A DNA stretch of 63,693 bases, the filler included, from Craspedostauros australis (lineage: Eukaryota), in the NCBI GenBank assembly GCA_030167865.1. It is 7 parts of 7 records of this genome, joined end to end, with 100 filler letters (N's around TTAATTAATTAA, not from the genome) between each part and the next. Parts side by side here need not be neighbours in the genome. Positions count along the whole stretch, not along the records: positions 22,756 to 41,454 come from JALAGF010003841.1; positions 41,555 to 51,839 come from JALAGF010003845.1; 5 more parts are not named here. One strand, 5' to 3'. A program made the position numbers and the translations under genes. Below are positions 35,370 through 46,271 of the stretch, one piece after another. Numbering within the stretch: position 1 is the first letter of the stretch; each line of letters starts with the position of its first letter. The notes below the pieces were generated by a model. It was not told the DNA's origin and made no database searches. It saw nothing but the letters and a program-made list of their open reading frames with translations.

Positions 35370-38300
35370 GGTACGATACGAGTCGACAGTCCAAGCTGTG
35401 CCACGACAGCAGAAGTGAACGCAGAAGTGGCATCAGCCACAGCGAAGACCACAGATGGTACCGTCGGAACTCCGGCTGCTGCGCAAGACAACAGCAACAC
35501 CAACAATGGCACGAACGCTAACATGGATAATGACATGGATAACGACGTGGACAACACAGAGGGAAACGCTGCAAACGACAGCATTCGCAAGAAGGAAAAA
35601 CGAGGGGTGCTGGGATCATCGCGCAGGCGCGCCTCCTCTTTCGTTTACCTGACGTCCAAGGAGCATATCTTCTTGCAGGAACTTTTGATGCGTGGCATGG
35701 ACAGCAAGATCGAACTGGTATGGGAGCAACTGCATCAGGGGGAGCTCATGTCCATGTCATCCATTTCTCACGTTGCCACCGCCAAGTCAGCAGATGATCA
35801 ACCAATTGGCGCAGATTCCACAAAAGCAGCCAATGGCATCAATCATGATGCTGACTCCACCGCTGCTACTACTACAACTGCTGCTACTTTGCAACTGCGA
35901 CTTTGGCTGACGTGGAGTTGAAGGCAAACACAAGGCCACCGCTGCCAAGACTCCCAAAGCCCATATCATTCGCGTCCAATGCAGATGGTATTCAAAACGG
36001 TGATGTGAGTGGCATGAATTCAAAAGGTTCCGTCCGCAAGAAGATGGGCAGGTTCACGTCAGTGGGATCTGCCTGTCGCAACCCGGTGCTGCAGCAACGA
36101 CATCAGCAGCAACTGGATGGCAAGAACTCGCCGCACATGCTTCTGTGGAAGGCGCACGAGCAAGGGCTGGGGACTTTGGTCACGACGTCGAATGCGACGG
36201 GTGCGGGGACGCTGTTCGTTCCAGCCGATGTGCCGCCACATCCCTGGCTGCAGTCGCAGGCACAAGCCAACCAAAGGGACAAATCGGCATCGACCAACCA
36301 ATCGGCGTCAACCACAGCAACGCCTCCGACCATCATCCAGCCATTCCCATCCATGCTCCTGATTCCGCAACGCCGACGAAACAGCAGCCACGGCAGCAAC
36401 AGCAACAGCTTGAGCAGCTACTACAAGTCCGCCGCTGCGCCAGGAGCCAACAAGAGGCTGTCATTCTGCGGCAGTGTTCACAGCACCACCTCGGCCGCAT
36501 CATCGTTGACCCCCGATGACATGCATCGCTTGCATGCTGCAGCGCACGCGATTTTCCGCAGCAAGGTGCAACGCAGATCGATCAGACTCTCTGCCTCCGC
36601 CACTCTGCAGCAGAGGTTGCAAATGCAGCAGCAAAAGCAACAACAACAACAACGCGACATCCCAGCTGCAAAACTCAGACGCAAATATCAGCGTTCCCAA
36701 TCGCTGACCGTCGCTGCAGCATCCTTTGCAAACAAGCCAATGGCAGCATCGCGGCTATCGTCAATGCCCAAGAGATCGTCAATGTCAAAATCACAGTTTG
36801 GTGCCCTCGCATCTCAGCCAATGCCGCTGGCCCGACGTGGCAGGACGAAGTCAGTCACCTTCTCGGAGGGAACAAACGATGGTGCCATTCCGACGCCAAC
36901 TCCAACCTTTCGCAGGCCGAAGCTTCTGACTCGCAGACAGTCGGACACATTGGTCTACGCCTCGTCGTTGTCATTGCCAATCGACGATGCTCCTGTGCCA
37001 ACGTCGCAACCAAGCACAGCTCGTCTTGCAAGAATTGCATCTGACGCAGAATCCATCGCATCCTTTGCCAGCATCTGCCCGGCCACCGCAATTCGAAGCG
37101 ACTCATCCACGACGGTGGCGAGCATTGGCAATACGAGCATCCCACCGATCTAACCGGCAACAGCGCTGCGATCGCAATCGACAGCCACGGTCGATAGTTT
37201 CCCCCCAATCCCTCCAGTCAAGGCGATGCGCGGCAATCCGTCGCAACCGAGGCCAGCATCCCACCCACCCAACTCGCGACGGCCATCCAGTCCAAATCAA
37301 CTGCCACCAACAACACGTTCCCGCCGCTCCCACCAGGCGTTGTGATGCGAGGCGAGTCAATTGCCACCAACGCGACGAATGCGACCATCCCATCCATTCG
37401 TCATGCGACAGCGTTGCGTTCCCAATCCACCATCTCGACGGACAGCAACTTGCCTTGCTTCAGAATTCGGCACTGGCAACATCGCCACATGTTCAATCAA
37501 CCGCGGCCACTGAGACATTCCCTCCCATCCAACCCACAACGGCCATGCGGTCCGAATCGTCCACCGCCACTTTTCACGATGCAGCAGCACAGCAATCATC
37601 TGGAGTCGTCAACCAAGACGACATCCCAATCACAGCTCCCACCACAACCACGCAGCTGTGCTTCCGCGATGCTGTCGTCACCATCCCACCGCCACCATCC
37701 GTCAACGCAGCAGAGATCCTGCGCGCGCAGTACGAGGCTTCGGATCAGGTGGCTATGGCATGGGCGACGGCCGGCAACATGTCGTCATTTGCAACAAGCA
37801 CATCGCAGTCCTCGCAAACCAACAGCCAACACGATCAAGAACAGCAGCAACAAAATCCCCCTCTTGATCATGTTCCTGCTACCATTCCGACTGTCCCAAC
37901 TGCGGCCACAATGCCGAGCGCCGCATCGACTGTCACAACCATCGAGTCTGCTGCAACGGCAGATTCTTCAATGAATGTCGACACCATGAGTCAAGCTTTG
38001 CCTTCGTCAACACCATCAGACGCCAAGATGCCTTCCCTCACCACGGAAGAACATGATGCGCCAACGGGGGCATCCGACACGCCCACAGCCAAAGAAGAGC
38101 CCACCAACACCTGTCCTGTTGCGCCTGGCATCAAGAAACAATTACGACGGCGAGGGTGTGGAAGTCAGCGAAAGTCCGTCGAATATGTTGCAACAGCAGC
38201 AGCAGCATCAGGGTTCGTTGCAGGCAACGGAAGATGCCACAGCACCTGGCCAAGACGACGATGGTCAAGATCAGCAGCAGGAACCAGTGGTGCTGGATTA

Positions 38301-39860
38301 CACTGATGTGGATCACAGCGCCGCCGTCGAAAACGCTGGGTCAAGCGAAGGGGCCTATCATCACTGGCAGCAACAGCTGCAACAACGGGCGCAGCAACAA
38401 CCTCCGCAGAGCATCATCTGGTTCTTGCGACTGTTGAGCCATGACAACACACCCATGGATCAGAGCCATGGCAACCTTTACCTGTCAACATCATTTGATG
38501 AATCGTCATGCTGCCACTACAAAGACAGTTTCCAAATCAAAACGCTTCGTTCGACCAAGATGCGCATGGTGACATCTTTCGCGTTTGTCGTGCCGTGTCG
38601 CACGATAACGATCAGCCGTTCATCCCAGAGATCATCGCCACAACGTCTGCACCAAATCTGGAGATGTCGAAATATTGCCCACATTATCCCTTGGATGCCT
38701 CCACTGTTGGCACGAAGCGCGATCCTGAAGCCCTCAGCCACTTTGATATGCAGCATGCCCACTACATGCATGCTGAGGACGGCCGCGGCAATGGCGATGC
38801 TGATGACAACAACGATGACGATGACTACCAGGACTCTTGGGATACGTCATCGGTGCTAGACATCGAACGGTTCGACAGCTGGAACATCGTGAAGGACGAT
38901 TACGCAAGCGGTTACGGAGGTGGTGGCACGTTGGGATTTTCTATCCTTGGCACATCGGCAGGCGATGTGGCAGCGTCACCTCATGCCCCAAGCCCTCCGT
39001 TGATGGATTGGCTTCAAGGATTCTTTCCGTTTTGCAAAAACAAGAAAACTTCTACCTGAAGTACTGCCTCGTCCGCAATGGTGCATCCCTTGGGTCCTTC
39101 CTTCAGCATGCAAGAGGGGCTCAGTACACAATGCTGGCGCTGGAGACGGTGGATGGCTAAGTGTTCAGCGCCTTCACCGGCCAGGCATGGCGCAAGACAC
39201 GGAAGTACTTTGGCACGGGCGAATGCTTCCTGTGGCGGATGCGCAATCACCGCTTGACGCCGAAGAGCCGATCCGTTCTGAAGCAGGCGCAGCTGGAAAG
39301 CGAGATCGATGTCTTCCCGTGTGCCGGTGCCAACGACGGCATCCAGCTCCGCACGAACGATTGACTTGCGGTTGGATGGGGCACCCCTACCGATAGCACC
39401 GGCCCCATGCCAATTCCCACCATTCCATCCTACTCCTCTGCTCACAACTTCTACGACGATGACGATGGCGGACAAGAAGCAGGCGAAAAGAAAGAGGAAT
39501 ATCCACACACAGCCACCAACTACACATCAACCCACCTGGACGCCATTGGTGGTCCAGCGACGGGTAGTAGTGGCCTCGACACCAACACCAACACCAGCAA
39601 CGACGACAGTGATGACGCACAGAAACAAAGGCGACAGCCGAACCGGGAATTTGGTTTGGTCATCGAAGGAGATTGTCTGCTTCATGGAACCACACGTCCG
39701 TGTCTGACATTCAACAGCCCGTTGCTGTCGAAGATGCACAGCAACGGACCTAGTTCAAAATCGCCAATCTCGAACTCTGGACGTGAACGCCGTGCGCTAC
39801 AGAAGCAGAGGCTGAGAGACTGAGCTCTCGCGATCGATTCTGGAACGCCACGCAGCGTGG
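35370..39860 (+). pseudogene. Decayed TLDc-domain (OXR1/NCOA7-like) gene with a long low-complexity N-terminus
   Basis: Pieces in shifting frames: SPPLMDWLQGFFP / ENFYLKYCLVRNGASL..ALETVDG* / VFSAFT..W....KYFGTGECFLW / QLRTND*LAVG / FGLVIEGDCLLHGTTRPCLTFNSPLL / FKIANLELWT. Stops at 39158 and 39362; frameshift near 39040. 5' boundary approximate. Confidence 0.85.
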
Positions 39861-41401
39861 CCGTAGGCACGAGCTATTACAAGCAATGTGGACTACACTG
39901 CATCAAAAGTACTGGTGCACTGCTTCAGAGAGGTCCGCCAGGACGACCGGTCCGGATAGTGCCCCGCAGGTGCGGCTACGGGCGACATGACAACCCGTTC
40001 AGCGGATTCATCGTTGAGACTGTTAATAGCAGTATTTTGCCAAGCAATCCTGGGCACTCGCACAGTGCCAACAATACCAATCACTCAGATTCATAGCATA
40101 CTTCCCTCTCAATAGCTAAGTATTGGTTTTCTTGTGGTTATACTCGTCGTTGTACTCCTCCTCCGCAACAGAGCGATGCTCCGGCAGTTCATGTGATGAA
40201 CGTGATGCTCACTGTTTCGTGCCAACTCCCTCGTGTTTTTTAGAACGAAGATGGGAAACATCATACCTGTATAATACGAGTATGAGCAAGACCTAGGCAC
40301 AGAATCCCACAAGGGGGATGGATTGGACAGGCGTACTACTGCACCTCGCTCACTCGGCAAACTGATAGCATTCTCGAGCGCTATCGTCACACCATTCGTT
40401 ATTGCGTTCAGGTTCGCGCAAGCGAGACGCACCAAAACGGAGCCTCGAAGCGCATTGTTGGCATGGATTAGGTTGCAGGTGTGACGTCTGGCCACATGTC
40501 GGGCTGACGACCACAGCCAAACAAGTGATTTAATTGGCTATTCTACGTTGGCAGCATTGTCCGATTGACATTGCTGACGTCACGGTGCGATGAACTCGAC
40601 AAATTCAAACCGAGACATTGAATGCAAGCGTTATATTCGAAATAGATAGATACATCCGGCGACGCAGAGACATGTCAAAACCGGTATCAGACCGTAACCA
40701 AGCGAAACATTCAAACTGAACGAAATTCGAATCCTCACAAACAGCGAGCTTGTGGCAACCTTCGATATGAAATACTAGAAGTTATACCAAATACCATGAG
40801 CTGTTCCAACTCCAACACCAAGGGAGCATTAAAGAACTTCAGGGTTGAAGTAATTGATGGCATCAAATAAGACAGGAACATGCCGAAAGTGGATAACTTG
40901 TCGAGGTCCGGCATGTGGTCGGTTTGCAGGTTCGACCACAGGAGGGTCAGAGACAGGGGGCTTTTGCTTGAGTTAGGACGACTAACCGCAGAGAGCAAGG
41001 TTGGTGAATACCATCTCAAGGGGTGCATTGTATCCACTTCACTGCTGCAACAGGCCGCAGTGCCACTGACGCGAGTTTGCCCATGTCAAGCTGAAGGCAT
41101 CATCCCGCCGAATCGTTGGAAGTTCAAAGATGACCCAAGGGTGTTCTGGAAGCCGGCAAGGCGAATGACACAAGTGTAGCTTCAGGTTTTGCAATTGTAG
41201 ATGTGCGGACGAGATCCCCAAACACACCCCAATGACATCAATCCAACTAGTAGCTTCAGGCTTGTCTATTTCATGAAAATCCGACAATAGGCCCAATTTA
41301 GCCCCATATCGGGAAGCAAAATGGGTGTAAAAGTGCCGTCTGTCATGCGGTACGTCAATAGTCTTGGTATAGTCCAAAATTAAAAACTTAAATATCTACT
41401 C

Positions 41402-41454
41402 TAATAATGCTCGTAGGGGGGGCAATATTTCACACAGTAGCCCTCCACCTATAG
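41402..41454 (-). repeat. Right terminal inverted repeat
   Basis: Exact reverse complement of 30260-30312. Confidence 0.92.
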
Positions 41455-41554
41455 NNNNNNNNNNNNNNNNNNNNNNNNNNNNNNNNNNNNNNNNNNNNTT
41501 AATTAATTAANNNNNNNNNNNNNNNNNNNNNNNNNNNNNNNNNNNNNNNNNNNN
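41455..41554. other. Artificial contig spacer
   Basis: N-run + TTAATTAATTAA + N-run. Confidence 0.98.
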
Positions 41555-42418
41555 TTGACCATGAGAGATGCATGTGCATCAGGGAACGACAACAACTACG
41601 CGTCCTGCCAATGCCCCGACTTTCCGTCGGCCGACTCCGCGATTGACGTCCTTCAGACTGATATGGTGCCTGTGGTCTTTACCGATTGCTCGGGTCAACC
41701 ATCTCTGTCGGGTGCATGGTACCGCATTCCAACGGAAGGCATTAGCGTTGTGATATTCACCAACTCAATCACCGATGCCGAGGTCACCGCTTCGTATGCA
41801 GAAGACTGCGATCCTTCCCTCTGCACTTCAACAAACAATCTCATTGACGCCTGCACAACTGGTACCCGGACCATCATCTTGCTCGGCAACGTTCCCGGGG
41901 AAGCAAAACGGGACTTTCTCCTCCAGGTGTCCGATCCAACTCAGTTGTCAAGTGCGCAGCTGCTATTCTTGACAGCTGGCTTCACCACCGATGATCTCGG
42001 TCTCGGTTGCGACGATTTTCCTTCTACCAAGGGTACCTGCTTCTGCCGTGAAGTCCTTGTTTACTGTGGTGAATTCAGTGCCACGCTGACTTCCAGCAAC
42101 ACCGGGCCCATCGATACCTGCTTTGACTACAGGGGTGCTATCACCAACAAAGACCACTTGGGGGCATGGTTCGAGTTGGATGTGGAAGATTCTGGGGAAT
42201 ACGATTTGGAGATTTCCGTCACCACTTTTTCGCGCGTGAGCGTCCACTTCTATTTGGCCGGCACAGCTGCCATCAAATGCGACGCTTCGCTGTCCCGTAT
42301 CTCACATCTTACCGGTGTTTTTAACAACGGTTCTGTGCATCTGTTTGCAGGGGCGAAGTACTTCATGTTCGTCGAAACTGATAACGTGGATATACAAGTC
42401 GACCTCATAAAAACCTAG
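41555..42418 (+). CDS. 3' part of a Cys-containing, probably extracellular protein with two GAW(Y/F) beta-rich modules (5'-truncated at contig edge)
   Basis: Frame is open from the contig start for 287 codons. Repeated CxC...C...GAWY / GAWF pattern. Confidence 0.6.
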   Translation: MTMRDACASGNDNNYASCQCPDFPSADSAIDVLQTDMVPVVFTDCSGQPSLSGAWYRIPTEGISVVIFTNSITDAEVTASYAEDCDPSLCTSTNNLIDACTTGTRTIILLGNVPGEAKRDFLLQVSDPTQLSSAQLLFLTAGFTTDDLGLGCDDFPSTKGTCFCREVLVYCGEFSATLTSSNTGPIDTCFDYRGAITNKDHLGAWFELDVEDSGEYDLEISVTTFSRVSVHFYLAGTAAIKCDASLSRISHLTGVFNNGSVHLFAGAKYFMFVETDNVDIQVDLIKT

Positions 42419-42599
42419 CACTAAATATTGCCTACATATACCTGTACTTATGAGATATATAGTATGCTGTTGCACTGTTCTACCCCACTCTACCCTGCTC
42501 TGCTCTATTACTCTGTGTTTCTCTGCTTACGTGCTCGGTTGTTTGGAGGTTGCAGACCTTGCCTCTTCCCCGAAGCTCGAGAGCATGGCCAAACAACCT

Positions 42600-43997
42600 C
42601 TATTGCTTCGAGGCACGGCATAGCAACGGAGCCCCGTTGGTGACAAACCAAAACATGGCGTTGATGTCGTCTCGGACCGAGCCAAGGATATCCGCAAGGT
42701 CCTTCGTCGCAGTGTTGCCAGCGACATCCCCCGAAATGACTGCGCGATGGCGTATTCCGTTGGAGCGAATCCGCCTGGGTCGCAACGCGGCCTCTGCGTG
42801 GTGGCAGATTGGACACTGCGCATGTGCGAGTATTCGCGATGCATCATTGCGGTGTGGATCGTCGGAAGGATGGGGACATGGCATGGGCGTTTGATGATGT
42901 TGCTGTTGCTGTTGCGATGAGGGCGTGGTGTGGTCTCCGTCATGGGGATTGCACTGCAAGTCCTCCGGGATGGGCTCCATCTCGCTTGATTCTCCTGTTT
43001 GTGCTGCATCTTCGCTTTGGCATCGTGATGAGCCGTTTGCCGCGGCGAGATGATGACAAGACGGAGCAGGGCAGTTGTTGTCAGCGCCGCCGGAAACAGC
43101 CGCATCTACCCTCCCGCACATGCGCATGCCTCCATCTTGCAACAGCAGGATCTTGCGACCTGCCTTGTTGAGCAGCAAGTAGAAATCGACGTGCTCGCGG
43201 TAGACGGCGTACGAAAAGGGCAGCAGCATGACCGGGTCCTGATCCGGATTTGCGTTGAGGTCACGCATGGCGCTCGCGTAGTCATCCTCCATGGTTCGTT
43301 GCAACCACGAGGCTTCGAACGACAGCGATGGTGGTGATGGCGGTGATGACGGTGATACCAGGTTGCCGTAGGATGAAGCAGACGAAGTGGATAGAGCGGG
43401 GGTACCGACGCCAGGCACCCCGGCATCAGATCTGGATCTGGATTGGAGGAGAGCGTTGTGATGGATGTACCTGTGGCTACCAGTGGCATTCGGAAGGGTT
43501 GCGTTGCGGGGCAGGTAGGAAGTATACGTGGACGAATCGCCCCATTCGAGCTTGATGGTTTGCAGGTGGTAGTTGTGGACGATTCCCTCGACCAATTGGT
43601 ACAGTGTGTTCGGCGAGACGACCGTCCGCTCCTCGGGATTGTCGAGTATCAAAGCAGTGATGCGATTACTCGGATGGCACAAGAAGTGGTAGAGGCAGGA
43701 ATCTGGAAACTCGTCGTATCCTTGCAGCACCAACTCTTGCAATACGTGCCCTTCGTTGGTACGGGTATCGGCGAGCGGCTGTCTCGTGGCGTTCCCGCCG
43801 CTGCGAATGCTGTTGCTGTCATCCATCGGTTCTGCCGACGATGGCGATGACAATGGCGATGTGGATGGCGCGGTGATCGCCTGCAGGATGGACTTAATGT
43901 CCAACCCTGTATAGGACAAATCGAGCGTGCGCAGTGTGCGGCGTGCTGTGTGGATCAACGGAATGACTCCGGTTCCGAGGTACTGGTTGCGCGCCAA
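42600..43997 (-). CDS. RNI-like/LRR protein, 5' end unresolved
   Basis: LQELCLARN, LRTLDLSYTGL, LQELVLQG and NYHLQTIKL. Diatom-type C-terminus FYLLLNKAGRKILL...DDINAMFWFV. The frame closes at ~44094 with no upstream ATG. Confidence 0.7.
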   Translation of the reverse strand: MARNQYLGTGVIPLIHTARRTLRTLDLSYTGLDIKSILQAITAPSTSPLSSPSSAEPMDDSNSIRSGGNATRQPLADTRTNEGHVLQELVLQGYDEFPDSCLYHFLCHPSNRITALILDNPEERTVVSPNTLYQLVEGIVHNYHLQTIKLEWGDSSTYTSYLPRNATLPNATGSHRYIHHNALLQSRSRSDAGVPGVGTPALSTSSASSYGNLVSPSSPPSPPSLSFEASWLQRTMEDDYASAMRDLNANPDQDPVMLLPFSYAVYREHVDFYLLLNKAGRKILLLQDGGMRMCGRVDAAVSGGADNNCPAPSCHHLAAANGSSRCQSEDAAQTGESSEMEPIPEDLQCNPHDGDHTTPSSQQQQQHHQTPMPCPHPSDDPHRNDASRILAHAQCPICHHAEAALRPRRIRSNGIRHRAVISGDVAGNTATKDLADILGSVRDDINAMFWFVTNGAPLLCRASKQ

Positions 43998-46271
43998 ACA
44001 TAGTTCTTGGAGGGGATAGTCGTATGTGTTCCATGGATCGTGTGCGTGCCGAACATGTGTTACCTTCCTCGTTGTGGATGCAGTCCTTGGGTTTCATGTG
44101 TCCCTCTCGTGGGTGAATCTGTGGCCGACAACATCAGAATTCCATCCGACATCGACGCAGCCGACCGAATCTTTTCCCAACAACTCACTGAACGAACAGA
44201 GCCACGTTCTTGGCGGATTCCTCGGTAACAATTGGACACGGATAACGTCTGTCCAGATAACCGAGAGCCAATCGTGTCTCAACCAAGCAGGCATGACGTA
44301 AGCGGGACTCAGACCAGACACAGTCGAACCGGTCAAGGCACACACGACGTATGACCCCACTTGAGTGACGGGACCTGCAGTCGGTCCTGAGGTGCCGGCA
44401 ACATACAAGGCTTTCGACCAAACCAGTGATACATTCATAAACTAGATAAATTAAAGATACGTGGTGGGCGTTGATTTTGCTTTAATGTCTTCTTAACAGT
44501 TTTATGGACCTTTGTAGATTTACGGTCCTCTTGGTCGAATATGAACGCTGCTTCGCGATGACATGCGCACATTGACTAGTTTCTCCGACGCAAACAACGA
44601 AAAGTGCGCAGACACGTTTGGGAAAAAACCTTTTTGACGGTTTGCGCACGGAATTTGGCGTGGTGTTCAACAACGACTCAGGCCTGTGTCGTTCAGTTTT
44701 GTGGGTTGCGGCCAGTGACGTCACAAACCATGTATTGGTTTCAGCAACTGTCGTGTTGGGAACATTACCGGTACTCCCGGTAACATCCAAACACGAGTCA
44801 ATCTGAGCAGAAAACAACAAAAACTCTGCGACTGGAGGGGTTCGAGTGGCCCCAGAACTTGGGTACTGGGACACGCCGGGCTGTCCAAATTAAAGGGAGA
44901 ACCCCGCAATAGAGACTTGCCTGGGCACAATGGAGGCAGCCAGTTTCCTGAGGAATTGGGTCTTTGCAATGCTACTGTGTAGTCACTATAATCTGAATCA
45001 CACGGTTCAATATGAGAACTTCAACTGCAACAAAGCTCGGGATAAACCAGCCAAACTCTCCTTAATTCACCCCTCAATGGGATGGCTTGCTCCCGGTAGT
45101 GATACAGTCCAAGCGTATCGATTGGCTGGGATCGCCAGCCATGCCAACAAATAGCCCTCCACCCGTGCTATCGGTTTGCAGAGTGAGTGGACTGCAGTAG
45201 TACCTGCCATTGCGAGCGCCGGATTGTGGAGGAGTCTTGCTCTCTTCGATGTCACCGAATTTGTTGTGTTGGTTCCTGCCAAGAACATGATCGCGGCACC
45301 GAGACGAGGCTGGTTGGTTTGGCAGCTTCTTGTGCCACAAATGTCTTCAAGACTGTATGATGTTTTGACTTAAAGTCTCCATTGTCCACGACCGAACTGA
45401 AAGAACAGCACTCGTCTCCCTTGTGGCGCGCGTGTCGTTGAGTGGAACATCATTGTTTGTGTGTGGTTCGAGGGGGTGCTTGTTGCCGCCGTGTCCTCAC
45501 CAAAGCGCGGCTTGCAGACAATGGACGCAACCCATGGCGCTGCACACGAGTGGCTCGTATGCACATATTATATATCACAAAACCATGCACGCCATCGCAA
45601 TTCCACAGGATAGAACCCCAAGCAAGGCTCGGCATCAGACGCGAAGCGAGGCAAGAAGCAGGAGACAAGGCGAGACAGACGAGACAGGAACAGATAGAAA
45701 CGAACAGGAACGAATAGATTGTACGGAACAAACACGGAAGGTGCCACGAACCCACAAACTCCAGGCACGAGAAAGCGAAGGACGTCCTGCGCTGTCAGCA
45801 TAACCGAGACACCCAGCGCATCGAGGCAGGTGGGCTACGTGTCAGCTAGCGGCAGCCTTTGCGCACTCTCGCCGTTCGCGCTTGGCTCTGTCTTTGTCGA
45901 AAGTCCAAACCGGCTTCGGAACCAACGTCGAAGCCGACTGGAGTACTCTCTCTCTCTCTCTCTCTCTCTCCAGAATAGAGAGCATTACTCTCTTGAGTCT
46001 GCCTCGAATTGAGTTGCGGTGTTTGCCGTGTGAGACACACGCTCTGGACCACAAATCGCATTGGAGATAGACCTCACAAGGAAGGATAAGACGAAGGTCG
46101 AGCAAGCAGGAGGGCGCATGCAAGGGTTGTGAGACGCTGAAGAGACCCAACGGATCACACGACGCTGGAGTACCTGTTGCCACCGCAGATGGGGCAAGAC
46201 AAGTTCATTATCTCGGCTTGCTTTATCGAATTCCTTCTTCGAATTGTGCATCAATCATCAGCGACAACACC

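Larger units (their letters stand above)
30260..41454. mobile_element. Putative non-autonomous TIR DNA transposon (~11.2 kb) carrying repeat arrays and a captured TLDc pseudogene
   Basis: 30260-30312 and 41402-41454 are perfect 53-bp inverted repeats. The outer TATA fits a TA, AT or TATA target duplication. The contig ends at the right repeat. No transposase motif recognised. Confidence 0.7.

Noticed and set aside
44836..44853. GGTTCGA B-box-like words (also 44324 on the minus strand) as tRNA genes
   Set aside because: Flanks do not form a T-stem or cloverleaf.
45152..45163. 12-bp match (TAGCCCTCCACC) to the TIR end
   Set aside because: Too short and does not extend; plausible by chance in 64 kb.
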